Made by a program: the position numbers and the translations under genes | The notes under the pieces: model-generated | Seen by the model: the letters and a program-made list of their open reading frames with translations, nothing else | Database searches by the model: none | Told to the model about the DNA's origin: nothing | DNA from: Chrysomallon squamiferum | Lineage: Eukaryota > Animalia > Mollusca | Direction of reading: 5' to 3' | Assembly: GCA_012295275.1 (NCBI GenBank) | Contig: CM022671.1 | Location: 15,748,001-15,812,000 of the forward strand | DNA: 64,000 bases | In this document: in pieces, positions 41,455 through 54,155 of the stretch | Numbering within the stretch: position 1 is the first letter of the stretch | Layout: each line of letters opens with the position of its first letter

Positions 41455-42054
41455 AAAAAACGCAGACTCAGGATAACTGTATTGTGCAAGTAGTCCGGAA
41501 ACCTAGAAATGATTTGCACTGGAAATAACCACTTGACACCCTGACACAAACTGTAATAGAAAAATCGGTTGGTTATTACGGATATTCTCAGAGAAAAGAA
41601 GTTAGAAACATTGCATCAGCTTAAACAATGATTCCAGTAACCTAATCACAAGACGGTAATTTATTGAGTAATATCAAATGGGATAATGACAGTTATCTGA
41701 ATTAGGTGTCGCATTTTACTAACTAGATTCCCGCTAGATTTCTTACATATTATGTTCTTGTTCAGAGCATTAGAAGTAATGCCTCCAGCTTTTTTTTCCT
41801 TTTTCATTAGAGAAGATATAACAAGGAATAAGTTATGATAGGTCTTCGCATATGAAACTCAACATCTCTGTGTTGCAAACTGCAGTTTTCTTTAACTGAG
41901 CTGTCGATAGTGACTGTCGAGCGGTATTTAGATAAAAATTGAAATCTAGATTCAGTTATTGAAAGAAAAAAAAGAAGCTATAATTAAGCGTATATATACA
42001 CATCCCCAGAGATACACGTATACATATAAATATTCATACACGTATGTGTTTGTG

Positions 42055-42170
<116 letters not shown>

Positions 42171-42839
42171 AAAAGTTATACTGGTAAACTCAAACTTCAT
42201 TCAAATTAACTTCACTCGTCAAACTAGAGTACATTTGCTTCATCTTTAATACGAGCCCGTTGTGACCAGACCCCAATCACAGAATGTAATATAATACATC
42301 CCTGAAAGCTGCCGTCTTCTGACACTGTCACACATACATCACCAGGATGACATTTCAGCACGCGAATGTTAACTGTCTCCGTTAGTTTATTTTCACTGGA
42401 AACTCTTTAAAGAAAATACATATTTGAGGAATACTAATGTAATGTATATTTTCTTAATTATCTTTATTAGTTTTTGTGCGATTTGACATTTTTCTCAGCT
42501 CGACCAGCACTCGGTAAATTTTATTAAAGTATCGATTACGTAAGAAAAGAAAAACTCTGACAGGTAATTTGTTATTCTGATTCGGCTAAACTTACGTATG
42601 TATACCAAATTCTACGTACGATACATAACGATATCATTTAATATATTTTTTCAATAAAATGAGAAATTTAAATTAAGATGCATATTATAAAAAAAATATA
42701 TATAAAATACATAGAATAATATTAGTAGTAATAGTCGTGTGAGTTTCTTAAAAGATAAGAAAAATAATATAAACATATTGCACAAAAAAATACATTCATT
42801 CTTATAAAAAACTGATGATGATATGTTAATATTCCTTTA

Positions 42840-42895
42840 AAGGTTTATATTCATAAATATACATTATATAATGTATACTTATGAATATAAATCTT
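42840..42895. repeat. 56-bp spacerless near-perfect palindrome
   Basis: Arms AAGGTTTATATTCATAAATATACATTAT and ATAATGTATACTTATGAATATAAATCTT are complementary at 26/28 positions. Confidence 0.88.
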
Positions 42896-44034
42896 ATATA
42901 TGTATGTATGTATGTATGTACAATTAGATAGGTAGATAGATAGATAGTTTTATTTTTCAATTCACCGTCTTGAATAATGTAGATTTATGCGTATTGATTT
43001 CAAAGACGCCTACAATTTTTATACATCAAAGCCAAATAGTTTTTAAATAAACACACACATAGCGAGAGAGAAAGTTTCCAGTGATGATACTTTTTATTCA
43101 AATCTGTTTCTGCTAAGTCGAATCCTACATTCAATTAGTTGAAATGACATTATTGTTTGTTATTCAACGAAAACAACTTAAATTCACGACAAACCAACAT
43201 TTCATTTATTCTAATAGCTAGAACTCTGAAATAGAAAACTGGTTCATTTCCACTAATGGTAATTAAATCTGACTTTAATTGCTAACAATTTTCAGCTATA
43301 ATGTTACAAAAAAGTATTCCTGGTTTACTGAAAAACAGGCTAATTAAATTTTATGACTGTCAGAGGGGGATATCTGTGTGTTTTAAATTTGCTTTTACTG
43401 AGTTTGAAATTAAACAAATGACAAATAAAAAAAAAATTATAATTTAAAAAAAAAAAAAAAACATCCCAAAAACCCCCAATTTTATTCTAAGTTAAGACTG
43501 GCAAACGTATTCAGTATAGCATCATTAAAACAACATTCAACAAAGACGCCCCCTGTTTCTCAACATCTTTATTCGATCACGTAAATTGGTAATCGTTTTT
43601 AACAAAGGTTTGGTTATCTTGGCCAACAGCATATAGCAGGTATCATTATTATTTAATACAACAAATATATGTCAGTTAAATCACCAGACTGACGAAACAA
43701 GCTGATGATGAGATGAATTATTCGAGTTTAACAAGAACTAGTTAGAAGACAACATTAATGTTCAGTCAACAAAGTACCGTTTGCTTTTTATAAATACCAG
43801 TGATGAGGCATTGGTCTGAGTGCGGAAATATCATCCAGGTGGGTCTAGGTTTTGGAATGAAAGCTAAATCTGATGGATTTAAATATTCAAGATGTAATGA
43901 GCTTCGTTATAAAGAACAAAAGAATCGGCGATTTAAAAAAAAATAGAGGTTAGAAAAGACGTTCCAGATGTTCTCCGTACACGGTCAGTGGATAAATGAA
44001 AACAGAAACGTTTTAAAGCAGTTTTACTGCCAAA

Positions 44035-44555
44035 CTTTATTATTATGAAAGTATACACAAAAACAATTAGTTAAAACAAACAGGTGAAAATCGACAAGAG
44101 TTACCTCGAACTGCGACAAAGATTTGCTTTATTATTATGAAAGTATGCTTCAATCATCCAACTAAAACAAACAGGTGAAAATCGACAAGATGTACCTCGT
44201 ACCTGCGACAAAGATGCACTTTATTATTATGAAAGTATGCTTCAGTGATCCAATTAAAACAAACACGTGAAAATCGACAAGATGTACCTCATACCGGCGA
44301 CAAAGAATTACTTTATTATTATGAAAGTATGCTTCAGTGATCCAATTAAAACAAACAGGTGAAAATCGACAAGATGTACCTCGTACCGGCGACAAAGAAT
44401 TACTTTATTATTATGAAAGTATGCTTCAGTGATCCAGTTAAAACAAACAGGTGAAAATCGACAAGAGTTACCTCGAACTGCGCCAAAGATTTACTTTATT
44501 ATTATGAAAGTATGCTTCAATGATCCAATTAAAACAAACAGGTGAAAATCGACAA
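44035..44555. repeat. Tandem repeat, 92-bp unit, about 5.7 copies
   Basis: GAAAGTAT at 44047, 44139, 44231, 44323, 44415 and 44506; the unit includes TAAAACAAACAGGTGAAAATCGACAAGA. Confidence 0.95.
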
Positions 44556-46424
44556 CCATTTATTTAACGCGGTATCGCTCGACATGTAAACAAGTTAATA
44601 AGATTTTGAGAGATGGCAAGAAATAATTTATCTACTATGTAATAGTTATACTTAACTCGCAGAAACACATTAAATACTAGTACATTCCACTTTCAGTGAT
44701 ACTAGTTTGTACAAGTAATAGCATTACTTAGAATTACTATTATTATTACTGGTAGTAATTACTGTTGTATTAGTAATAACAGTAGTAGTAAGGGTAATAA
44801 TTGTAGCAGTAAAAATAGAAGTAAATAGAAGCAGTCAGTAGTTATAGTGGTAGTAGCAGTAGTTGCGAAGGTCACAGTGGTGATAGGCGTAGTATTAATA
44901 TTAATGAATGAATGAATGGAATGAATAATTAATTAATTAATAATAGTAATAATTAAAAATAATTAAAATAATAATAATAATGATTATGATAAGTGATCGA
45001 GAAAAATCGAAGTGAAAAAGAAAAGAATGGAAAACTGAAAAGACCAAAACGAGTTAGAGTTGTTGCTATGGTAAGGTCATGTTTATACTTCATCACAGGG
45101 TATTATTAGTGATAACATTAAACATGTCCACTTTCTAACGACATGCCATAGCGACGTGATAGACCTGTGAATTTCACCATTATCCCGTTGTCTGGAGAAT
45201 TAATTGCCATATTCGGAAACCAATGAAAATCCTGACCGAGCCACCAACAACAATGAGCGAGATGAAACTAGGCACAGGGATGCTTTATTATGCTGAGGTG
45301 GAAACGCGTCAAAACCGAATTAACAGGATTTGCTGATTTATGAAGGTCAAACGAGCAAACTGTCTTTAATTTCGTCCACTCAAACTGATCTTTCTGAAGT
45401 AAAACTTTAATTTTTTCTTTTTTTTTTTTTTTTTTTTTAATTGCAATATACCTTCATGGCGAAAAATGATTATATTTTCGGCAAATAAAACAAAACAAAA
45501 CAAAATAATAATAATTAAAATAAATAAATAAATAAATAAAAATTATTAAAAAATAAAAAAATAAAAAATAAAGTATAAGACAATTTAAGAACCTTCAGAA
45601 AAAAGAAAAAAACATTCAACAAGCGTTTAAATAATAATAATAATAATAATAATAATAAAGAATCATGGGTATACAGTTCAGTATGATGAGTGTTGGTGTA
45701 TCACGATATTACTCAGACTAGAAAGTGTTACAGTGTTTCGATAAGCCAATAGATTTACCGAGATTTCGTCACCTGCTTTCGCAGCCTTCGTGGAAACATT
45801 TCTCTAGAACCAGACATATTTTTGGACTTCTGTAAACATTTAATTACAGACAGACGTAACATATTGGAGAACTCTGTGACGTGTACAGCAGACAGCAGTG
45901 AGTAAATGTAAATTAATTCTCAGTGAACGGTGTGATTAGTGCAAGCACACAACTCAAACAACAGTTAATGTGTAAAGTGTTTTTTCAAAATGACGTTAAC
46001 AAATAATCGAAACGTTTATGTTAAAGTGAAGTATTTCCTCTCATTTTAATATCAGCCTGAATGGAATTCAGAGTCGATTACAAATTTGTTTTATTTTAAT
46101 TTTTTTTTTTTTTTTTTTTTTTACAAAGATAAAGCAGTCTAAATAACAAAAGTTTTGTATTAACAAAATTAACATTCTCAGACAGTATAGTGAAAAGTGG
46201 AACTGGAACCATAAAACAACAACAACGACAACGACGACAACAACAACAACTAATAATAATGATTTAATTAATTAATTAACAAACAAAAATATATAGATAT
46301 AAAAGAAACATAATAATAAATCCGCCTATTTTTAATTATGACATTAATTATAACCACTTTTGTTTAGCAGCTAAATAATAAAATAAAATTACTGTTTCCT
46401 TGCCAATTTAATTTCCTTCGATGC

Positions 46425-46805
46425 TGCCAATGAGCATTCACAATAATTTAAAATAATATATTGTAAATGAAAGAAACCTAACTCCAAGCCGCATTGTAAC
46501 AATATGGCGTCTGGAATGGAGCTTGAGACTTATTTTGTATCTGTTTTGTGTGACGTCAACAATAGAAACGACGTCATTCCTTGTTTGCTAGGTAAGCAGA
46601 AGTCTCTTGGAGTACAGTAAAATAATTTGTATTTCATTTCGCTATGTTCATTTTTTGGACACTGTAAGTAAGTACATTAAATTTATTTCTGATTTTTTTT
46701 TTTTTTTTTTTTTTTCAGGTTACTTAAGTCAATATTCTGTTATTCGATATTCAGTAAATGAATTATATGGTTCTTCATGGAAATTGGCATTTTATCAAAG
46801 TGGGC
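46425..46805 (+). repeat. Dispersed repeat, copy A (inverted relative to 52335-52655)
   Basis: Blocks AACTCCAAGCC, GTCAACAA(T/C)AGAAACGACGTCA, TGTTTGCTAGGTAAGCAG, CAGTAAAA, TTTCGCT, TTTCAG(G/A)TTACTT and TGGCATTTTAT occur in the same order in both copies. Confidence 0.8.
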
Positions 46806-47017
46806 TGGAAATTTTAAAGTATTTCGACTTAGGCAAACACTCAAAATGTGCGTCAATCTAATAGTTATTTATTCTTCTAATATTTTCTCTGTCGATTCTA
46901 AATTTAATACATACATACATACATGCATACATACAGTCATACATCGTTACGAGGTATGGGTGTGTATGTGTGTCTCTATGTGTGTATAATATATATAATA
47001 GAATGAAACAAGAAAAG

Positions 47018-47020
<3 letters not shown>

Positions 47021-47093
<73 letters not shown>
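47021..47093. repeat. (CT)n microsatellite
   Basis: Direct reading. Confidence 0.95.
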
Positions 47094-47097
<4 letters not shown>

Positions 47098-47267
47098 ATT
47101 ACCTATCTTTATTTCACACACACATACACTGACACACACATACAAACACATCAATGTAGTTTGCATCATACGATCACAGACAATGTATCGGATATCTAAC
47201 GCCCATATGCTATTTCAGGCTATCGACACAGGTCTGTTTGAAAGTTAAATGACTCTTTTTATTATTA

Positions 47268-47392
47268 TTGTTTAACGACGTCACAGATGAATTGATTATT
47301 CGGCTGTTTCATGTAAGACATTTTGGTATTTGTATTCGTTAGAGTCAACACGCTACATTTCCACATTAACATGAAGAGTTTTTATAAATAAA
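47268..47392 (-). mobile_element. Decayed SINE 3' fragment
   Basis: TGTTTAACGAC..ATTGATT..TCGGCT..ACATTTTGGTA..CGCTACATTT..CATTAA resembles the recalled 3' part of the same SINE group. Confidence 0.45.
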
Positions 47393-47621
47393 TGTTCATG
47401 GTTTGCTGCGTTAGTAATTAAGTAAATGATATTAGAAATAGTTTTTTTTTTTTTTTTTTTTTTTTTTTAATGTGTTACTCTTGTGGTGGTGAATGTTGTT
47501 GTTATTGTTGTTGTTTGCTGATGTAAATTATTTTATTATTACCATTTCATTTTTTTTTTTCTTAATTATATATTTCTCTTTTCTTTTTCTCTTTATATAT
47601 ACATACATACATACAGAGAGA

Positions 47622-47644
47622 TAGGTAGGTAGGTAGGTAGGTAA

Positions 47645-47720
<76 letters not shown>
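47622..47720. repeat. Compound (AGGT)n(AGAT)n microsatellite
   Basis: Direct reading. Confidence 0.92.
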
Positions 47721-47721
<1 letters not shown>

Positions 47722-48269
47722 CAAAAAAATATAGATATAGCCACACACACATATATAATTTTTGAATCTTAACAATGTTTTGTTTTGTTTGTTTGTTTTT
47801 TTTTTTTTTTTTAAGTCAAATGAATTGTTTACTGCAGAAGAAAAAAAATTTAAAAAAGAATAAACAAATTTAAAAGATTTAAAAAAAAAAAAAATTTAAA
47901 ATAAGGTTGAGAAAAGGCAAACGGAAAGAGAAAAATTGATGTAATCGATTAAACTGACAAGTGCCTGGAGCTGTTTGCTTAGACTTCACAACCACTAACA
48001 CGGAGCTTCAAAGGTGAAAGCCTAATACTCTACAAGTAGAGCGATTTATGATAACAATAATCCATAACTCTCTCAAATTATCTGATTTGGCCAAAAGGCA
48101 GAGAGACCAGCGAAATGTTCTTCTCGATAATAAAGCTTTGGTTGTAGTACCAATACAGAACAAAATTATCACTGTTATCGATAACAAGAATCCTATTTAA
48201 TACAATCGTCCAGTAACACATCGAGAAATTATTAGCACTATACTGAATTACCCGTACGAAATTCTTATT

Positions 48270-48965
48270 CAGGTTCGGGAACCTTCGTTCGAAATGCTTG
48301 AGATCAGAAATGTTTCGGATTTCGGAATATTTCGGATTTTAGTTATAGAGGGAGATTGAATGAGAATAGGATGCAAGTTTAATCAAGAATATTCAGTTAC
48401 AGGTACCGGACCAATTATCCGGCGTTCTGAAATCCGGAAAGACCAGAAAACCGGAATTTCTTTCCCGACGCTATTTTCATAGTCCGCGCGCGCGGGTGTT
48501 GTCTTCACCAGACCGGAACTACTCTTTCAAGCCGCGTGACGTTCATTCACTCGCCGCATTGTTTACGTGTATCGTCAGTTTTCTTTATTATTTTAATTTT
48601 AAAATGTTTGTGCCTAATTATTTACGTATTTAGATGCCATGATACCAGAAAACCGGAAAATCCAGAAATCCGGAATGCCTCAGGCCCCAAGGAGTCCGGA
48701 TAATTGGTCCGGTACCTGTATAATGAATAAACAGCTGATACAGATAATACGCAGGTACTTTTATAAAATAATTTTAGCATGAAATGAAAGTTATTTACGT
48801 CAAATAATCCTAAATGTAAATATATCGCTATTTCGGTAGCTCTTGAAAAGATTCTGATTTCCAATTGTTAGATTTCTAATTTTATATAAGTGATCCTTAA
48901 TCTCTATTCTGATTTTTTAAACATTCTGTAGAGTTTGAATGCTACCATAAGCATTGTTTTTTATG
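48270..48965. mobile_element. Older Tigger-like (Tigger4/MER46-resembling) relic interrupted by the MITE
   Basis: Starts CAGGTT..CGAAATGCTTGAGATCAGAAATGTTTCGGATTTCGGA, similar to the recalled Tigger4 terminus. Similarity resumes after the MITE (AGGTACTTTTATA..GCATGAAA, ATGCTACCATAAGCA). Right boundary is approximate. Confidence 0.55.
48400..48718. mobile_element. 319-bp MITE of the Tc1/mariner superfamily (pogo/Tigger-like)
   Basis: Perfect 23-bp TIRs CAGGTACCGGACCAATTATCCGG (48400-48422) and its reverse complement (48696-48718). TA target-site duplication at 48398-48399 and 48719-48720. Subterminal repeats ACCAGAAAACCGGAA and AAATCCGGAA. No transposase. Confidence 0.92.
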
Positions 48966-49800
48966 ACATAGTAATGTTTTTTGTCCACAATATAAGATAA
49001 TGGTATGTAGACCTACTATTTCACACAACAATGAAATAACAGGGAAATAGAACAACAGGTATATAACCGTTATGATACTAACAAAACTTAGTTTATTATT
49101 AATTTACACTAATATTTATTTTATTTTGTCTGAAATCTTTGATTATCTGTATTACTCTTTACGTGTGCTATTGAATAACCATATTAAATATATAGATAAT
49201 ATTAACTACATCTGTATATCCAGAGATCAAGCTACAAGCAGTAATATAAGAGTTCTAAACAATTCTCTACACGACTAATCAAACACATTCAATGGGCGAG
49301 TTAGTATTTCTGAGCTCGTTAAGTTTATTTTGATAGCTCAAGATTAACGATTTCTGATCTCATCTTATAAATCTAGTAAAAACATCCAGTAAAAGTATAT
49401 TTGTACAGTGATGAAAATATTTACATTATAAACAAATTTGATTAAAAACAGAGGAAAAAAAAATATAGTTGATGATGATGTTATGCTTAATAGAGAAAAT
49501 AAAAGTAAGCTTTATTCTCTGTTTTAATTATTTTTATTATAAATATCGTTGTGTTACTGCTGGTTTTTATCAAGATAGGGCCTAGTTCACGTAGAGGAAT
49601 GTCATGCAAAATACTTGTCATCGAACCAGTGTAATGACATTTGCACTACATGCGTAGCCAATGACGCTGAAAAACGCAATCGTATTTGCAGTAGGTATGC
49701 TAATACTGAGCAAAAAACTTCCCAGACTTCTTATTCGTGATCACGCAAAGTGAAATAAAATTGTTAAACTGACTGTTTAAATGTGTCTGAACTTCAACTT

Positions 49801-49850
<50 letters not shown>

Positions 49851-50013
49851 TTGCCAAGATCACGTTGGTGTTGTTTTACACACAGAGAAAATATGAAATC
49901 ATTATTAAAAATTATTTCGAATAATTTCGATTAGAAACTCAATTTTGTGGCCTACCATATTTACATAATAATAAATTAAAAGAAGATACAAATATTGTTT
50001 CAAACAATAAACT

Positions 50014-50115
<102 letters not shown>

Positions 50116-50718
50116 CTTTTTTTAACTGATAACATACTTACAGCATATCAGGTAAACTGTTTTGAACATATGTTAATACATAATCGAGACAGCTTCAAAA
50201 CTACACGTTTCAATGACACTAATATTATGTTATGTTGCCTTTTTGGTAAGAAGACAGGTGTAAAAATAGTTCTATTATTAACATATCAAAAATTCCTTGT
50301 CCAGTTTTATCTTTAATGGAATAAATTCCAATAATTTAGAAGAAAAAGAATATGGGTCTTATTTAGTGCCTTTTCTTTCTTTGATCAAAACGTGCAGCGT
50401 AACACAAGACAAGCAGGAGACTTAAGGCTGTGAATATGATAGATATAGTGGTGGGCGTGTATGCAGCGGTTATCTCCCTTGATAAGTCATATAATTCTAA
50501 CAAGGGACACAGGACACAGTAACCATTTTTTTGATACAACAACAACAATAACAACAAAATCACCACCACCACGAACAACAACAACAAAAATAATATTAAT
50601 ATTAATAATAATTAACAACTGAAACACGGTATTTTTATTTATTTATCAGTATAACTAATATTTACTAATTTTAATAAATCACTGATTTCCCACTAATATT
50701 TTATAGTCTATGAACATA

Positions 50719-50763
<45 letters not shown>

Positions 50764-50966
50764 TAATATAAATTAATCATTATATAGCATGACGATGTGT
50801 AAAATTTTCTTACTGTCAAATAATAATTTATTAGGTTCTTTTATAAATTATGTATAAATCAATGGTAAATAAAAAAATATGTATGAAATCCGTTATTTCG
50901 TATGAAATAAAATGTGTCCTGCATGTTTCTGTGAAAAGATGTTGTCTGTTGATCATCGGTTTAGAT

Positions 50967-51723
50967 CAGGGATGGACAATTATTTTTTGGAGAAAATATT
51001 GTGGAGGGCCGGGCTAAAAGGTTTAGCTCAATTCTGCATAATATTAACTGTATTTCTTTATAAAAAAAAAAAAAATTAGTAAATGGTGTTGTTTTGACAA
51101 AGCCAAGGAGAAAAAGTCAAAACTTGCCACTTCACGTTGCAGCTGAAGCTCCAGATTCCCCGCAGTGTCCTCGATCCTTCTCGTCACGGTTCACCTGGGC
51201 AGTGGGACTTGCTCAAATGCTTCTCTTTTTTTCATGGCGTATTAGTTCTGCAGAGTCCACCAAGCACTCTTTGACAAAGTCCCCCTCCGAGAATGGCTTA
51301 CTGTTTTCAGCAATTTTGTGGAATATCACAAAGCTAGTCTTGGTTTCTGCAGTCCTGGAGGTCTGAAGCATGGATAAAAAAAAAAAAAAAAAAAGTTTCT
51401 GATGGCCGCGCCCTTTCAGCATCATTCAAGTTTTTGTATTTTTCCACGTGTTTCGTCTCATAATGCCGACTCAAATTGAAACCCTTAAACTCAGCGATCT
51501 GCTCTCCGCAAACTAAACACACGGCTTTTCAATTATGCGCACGTCTTGATTTACGTATTGCGTCATTTTGAACGTGAATAAAAAAAACAGTTTTAAAATA
51601 AAAGCAATGCAGCTTTAATCCATGCAAGAGGTGAAATTAGAAAATATGTTTATTTTGAATTCCCAATTAACCTTACACGGGCCGGTCAGAGTCAACCAAA
51701 GGGCCGTAAAATGCCCAGGTTTG
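50967..51723 (-). mobile_element. Internally deleted hAT transposon (Charlie/Buster/SPIN clade, GTF2IRD2-like transposase)
   Basis: Imperfect TIRs: CAGGGATGGACAA on the left and CAAACCTGGGCAT (reverse complement) on the right. 8-bp flanks GTTTAGAT and GTTCAGAG match at 6/8. Subterminal GGGCCG motifs and transposase fragments inside. Confidence 0.85.
51097..51528 (-). pseudogene. hAT transposase remnant (BED-type zinc finger and N-terminal region)
   Basis: Three frames give KAVCLVCGEQIAEFKGFNLSRHYETKH, TKTSFVIFHKIAENSKPFSEGDFVKECLVDSAELI and EAFEQVPLPR*TVTRRIEDTAGNLELQLQREVASFDFFSLAL. Contains frameshifts and one stop, and is truncated just before the expected first catalytic Asp. Confidence 0.88.
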
Positions 51724-52334
51724 GTTCAGAGAGAATCATTTTCCTTACTGTCTGCCAAAAAAAAAAAAAAAAACATTTAATAAAACAACCTGATTCATTG
51801 TGGATTTGATTCTGTGTGTTCCATCCAATAGTAATGGCACGAGTATGTTACCAAAAAAAACTTAAAACGTGCGTGCACATGAATCTGCTAAACGAATTAT
51901 TAGTGAAGTTTACAAGTGCCTCGTTAAAAAGTGCAACTTAATGCATTTTAATAGTTTGATCGATAAACGATAAACTTAGAAAGGAAAGTTCTGAAACGTA
52001 GCAAGTTTCTGAGCATAGTTCCAAACGTCAGCCTGTCAGAAGGATTCAACAGAACAAGTTAAGTACGAATGTACGAAAAAAAGGCAGGGGATGTTGGAGA
52101 ACCATAAAGAGTGAGTTGTAATCAAAAAATGTTCAGTGATTCAGACTATAAATTAGAAAATTTGATAGACATGAATGCAAACTTACTTTAATGATTCAAA
52201 TAAAACCATAAGATCTTCTTTTTTAATGATTATAAATATAGGAAATATCTGCTGAGAGAGAGAGAGAGAGAGAGGATGCATTAGCCGAAATGTTAGAACA
52301 GTATTAAATAGATTAATAATTATGCGTTATGCAC

Positions 52335-52655
52335 ATTTAATAAAATGCCAGTTTCGAATATGAATTTCTGACACTGAATGATACTGAATCTTGGTAACAA
52401 GCGGACAAGTAATCTGAAAAATAAATTTGAAAAATAATTAAATGTAATTGTCCTAGGACTCCTAGTAGGATTATCGAAGCGAAATAATTTTTTCAAATAA
52501 TTTTACTGCTTACCTAGCAAACAGCGAGTGACGTCGTTTCTGTTGTTGACATTGTAACGAAGCAGAACAAATTATGCCCCAGACGTCATGTAACAAATAT
52601 GGCTTGGAGTTGGGTTTCATTCAGTTTAAAAATTATTATGAATGTTTTACTGGAA
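52335..52655 (-). repeat. Dispersed repeat, copy B (inverted relative to 46425-46805)
   Basis: Its reverse complement carries the same ordered blocks, for example CTGCTTACCTAGCAAACA and TGACGTCGTTTCT on the + strand. Confidence 0.8.
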
Positions 52656-54007
52656 ATACTTATTTTGAGTTTGGTATACATGTTTGTTTTTGTCTCAAAT
52701 ATCTTAAGGACCAATATTCTGAAAAATTTGGATCCTCAAAATTACATCATTTTTGGTCAGAATAAAGTTTTTTATATCGCTGGTGTTGATAGAACGGGAA
52801 TATATAATGTTCATAACCGTTTGATCTTTTGTAGATTACGTGAGATTCACATGACCTTTGTTCAGAATTATAGACCAGGATGTTAGTAACAATGTTAAAA
52901 AATATATTTTTAGTGATGTAATATTCTTTATAAAATGGAAATATTTTATCAAAGAAAACAGAAATTAAATATTGTTATATGCTAATAACTATGAATCACA
53001 GAGAAGAAAAAAAATAAGAAAAAAAAAATTAAAAAAAAAAAAGTTAAAAAGATTAAAAATGACAATAATTGCATGTTTTCTGCTGGGGAATATTTTCAAA
53101 ACTCGCGGTTTCTGAGAAGTAAGGGAATTTGACCTTACAGGATTTCGTCGTCATTGTTAGTGAGAAAGGTGAGTAAGACAAACTGTAATCATGATCAGGT
53201 TACGTGGTCACACACGCCGTGTGCACACGTACTCACAAACAAAATACTGTGGACTGGTTTGAATTTCATGTTTACCTGGGATTTACATTCACAACACTCA
53301 GCGAAATTATAAAGCGCTGTTTGACAAAGAGATTTATATTTCAAAATTAGGGAGATATATTTTCCTCTTTTTTTTGAATTTTTATTTAGTATTTTTGTTG
53401 ATTTATTACCTCTACTAGAGAGAATATTGTCCAAATACAAAAAGTAATAATTGTTTGTTTATGGTTTTCATCATCGTTTTTATTTTTTTTTTTTTTTTTT
53501 TTTAAATAAAATTTTTGAATATTCAGATTTGTGTTGCTTCATTTAAAATAAAGGTTAGAGTTTGTTTTAATCTGCTGCTCTTTGTGTATTGTACAATCAC
53601 GTTTTCTGTGGCTGGCCAGTGTTCAGAGTCCGCGTTAAGCTTTAAAGTGAAAGAGTGATTTTACAGTTGAGAAACATTCAGACAAGAGCTGATGTGTCGT
53701 AAAGGAAAGTGCTAATTGTTAGTGTTGTTTAATCAACACAGCACAAAACAATAATGTGATAATGTTATGATTTCTTTTTTGAGGGTACTGATATTGCAGT
53801 AATAATCAAATGCGCGTGAGAGTGAGAGTGTGTGTGCACGTTAGAAACTTTAAATATAGAAGAAGTGAAAGTAATTGATTCATTCGCGAATTATATAATA
53901 ATAATATGAAAAGTTTTTACTAGTAATAGAAAGGGCTGATATGATGGATGAGACTGCTCTCGCTTCCATAATGCTACTATATATTAATAGCTAAGAGATA
54001 TCTAACA

Positions 54008-54155
54008 ACTAAGAGAGGAAACCCGTCCTGCCGCGCACATTTCTAAAATATTCTGATTAGTAGTAGCAAGAGAATTTCTATAAAAAAATAACCTTCCCAC
54101 TGTTAGAAAAATACTACGGCTTTTGATAACGAGTCATTGGGCATGGTAAATGGGA
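54008..54155 (-). mobile_element. Decayed SINE central fragment
   Basis: GAGAGGAAACCCG..GATTAGTAGTAGCAAG..TTCCCAC..ATACTACGGCTTTTGAT is the reverse complement of blocks in the 792-1081 copy. Confidence 0.55.

Noticed and set aside
44035-44555. Repeat-spacer (CRISPR-like) appearance
   Set aside because: The whole 92-bp unit is repeated and the context is eukaryotic.
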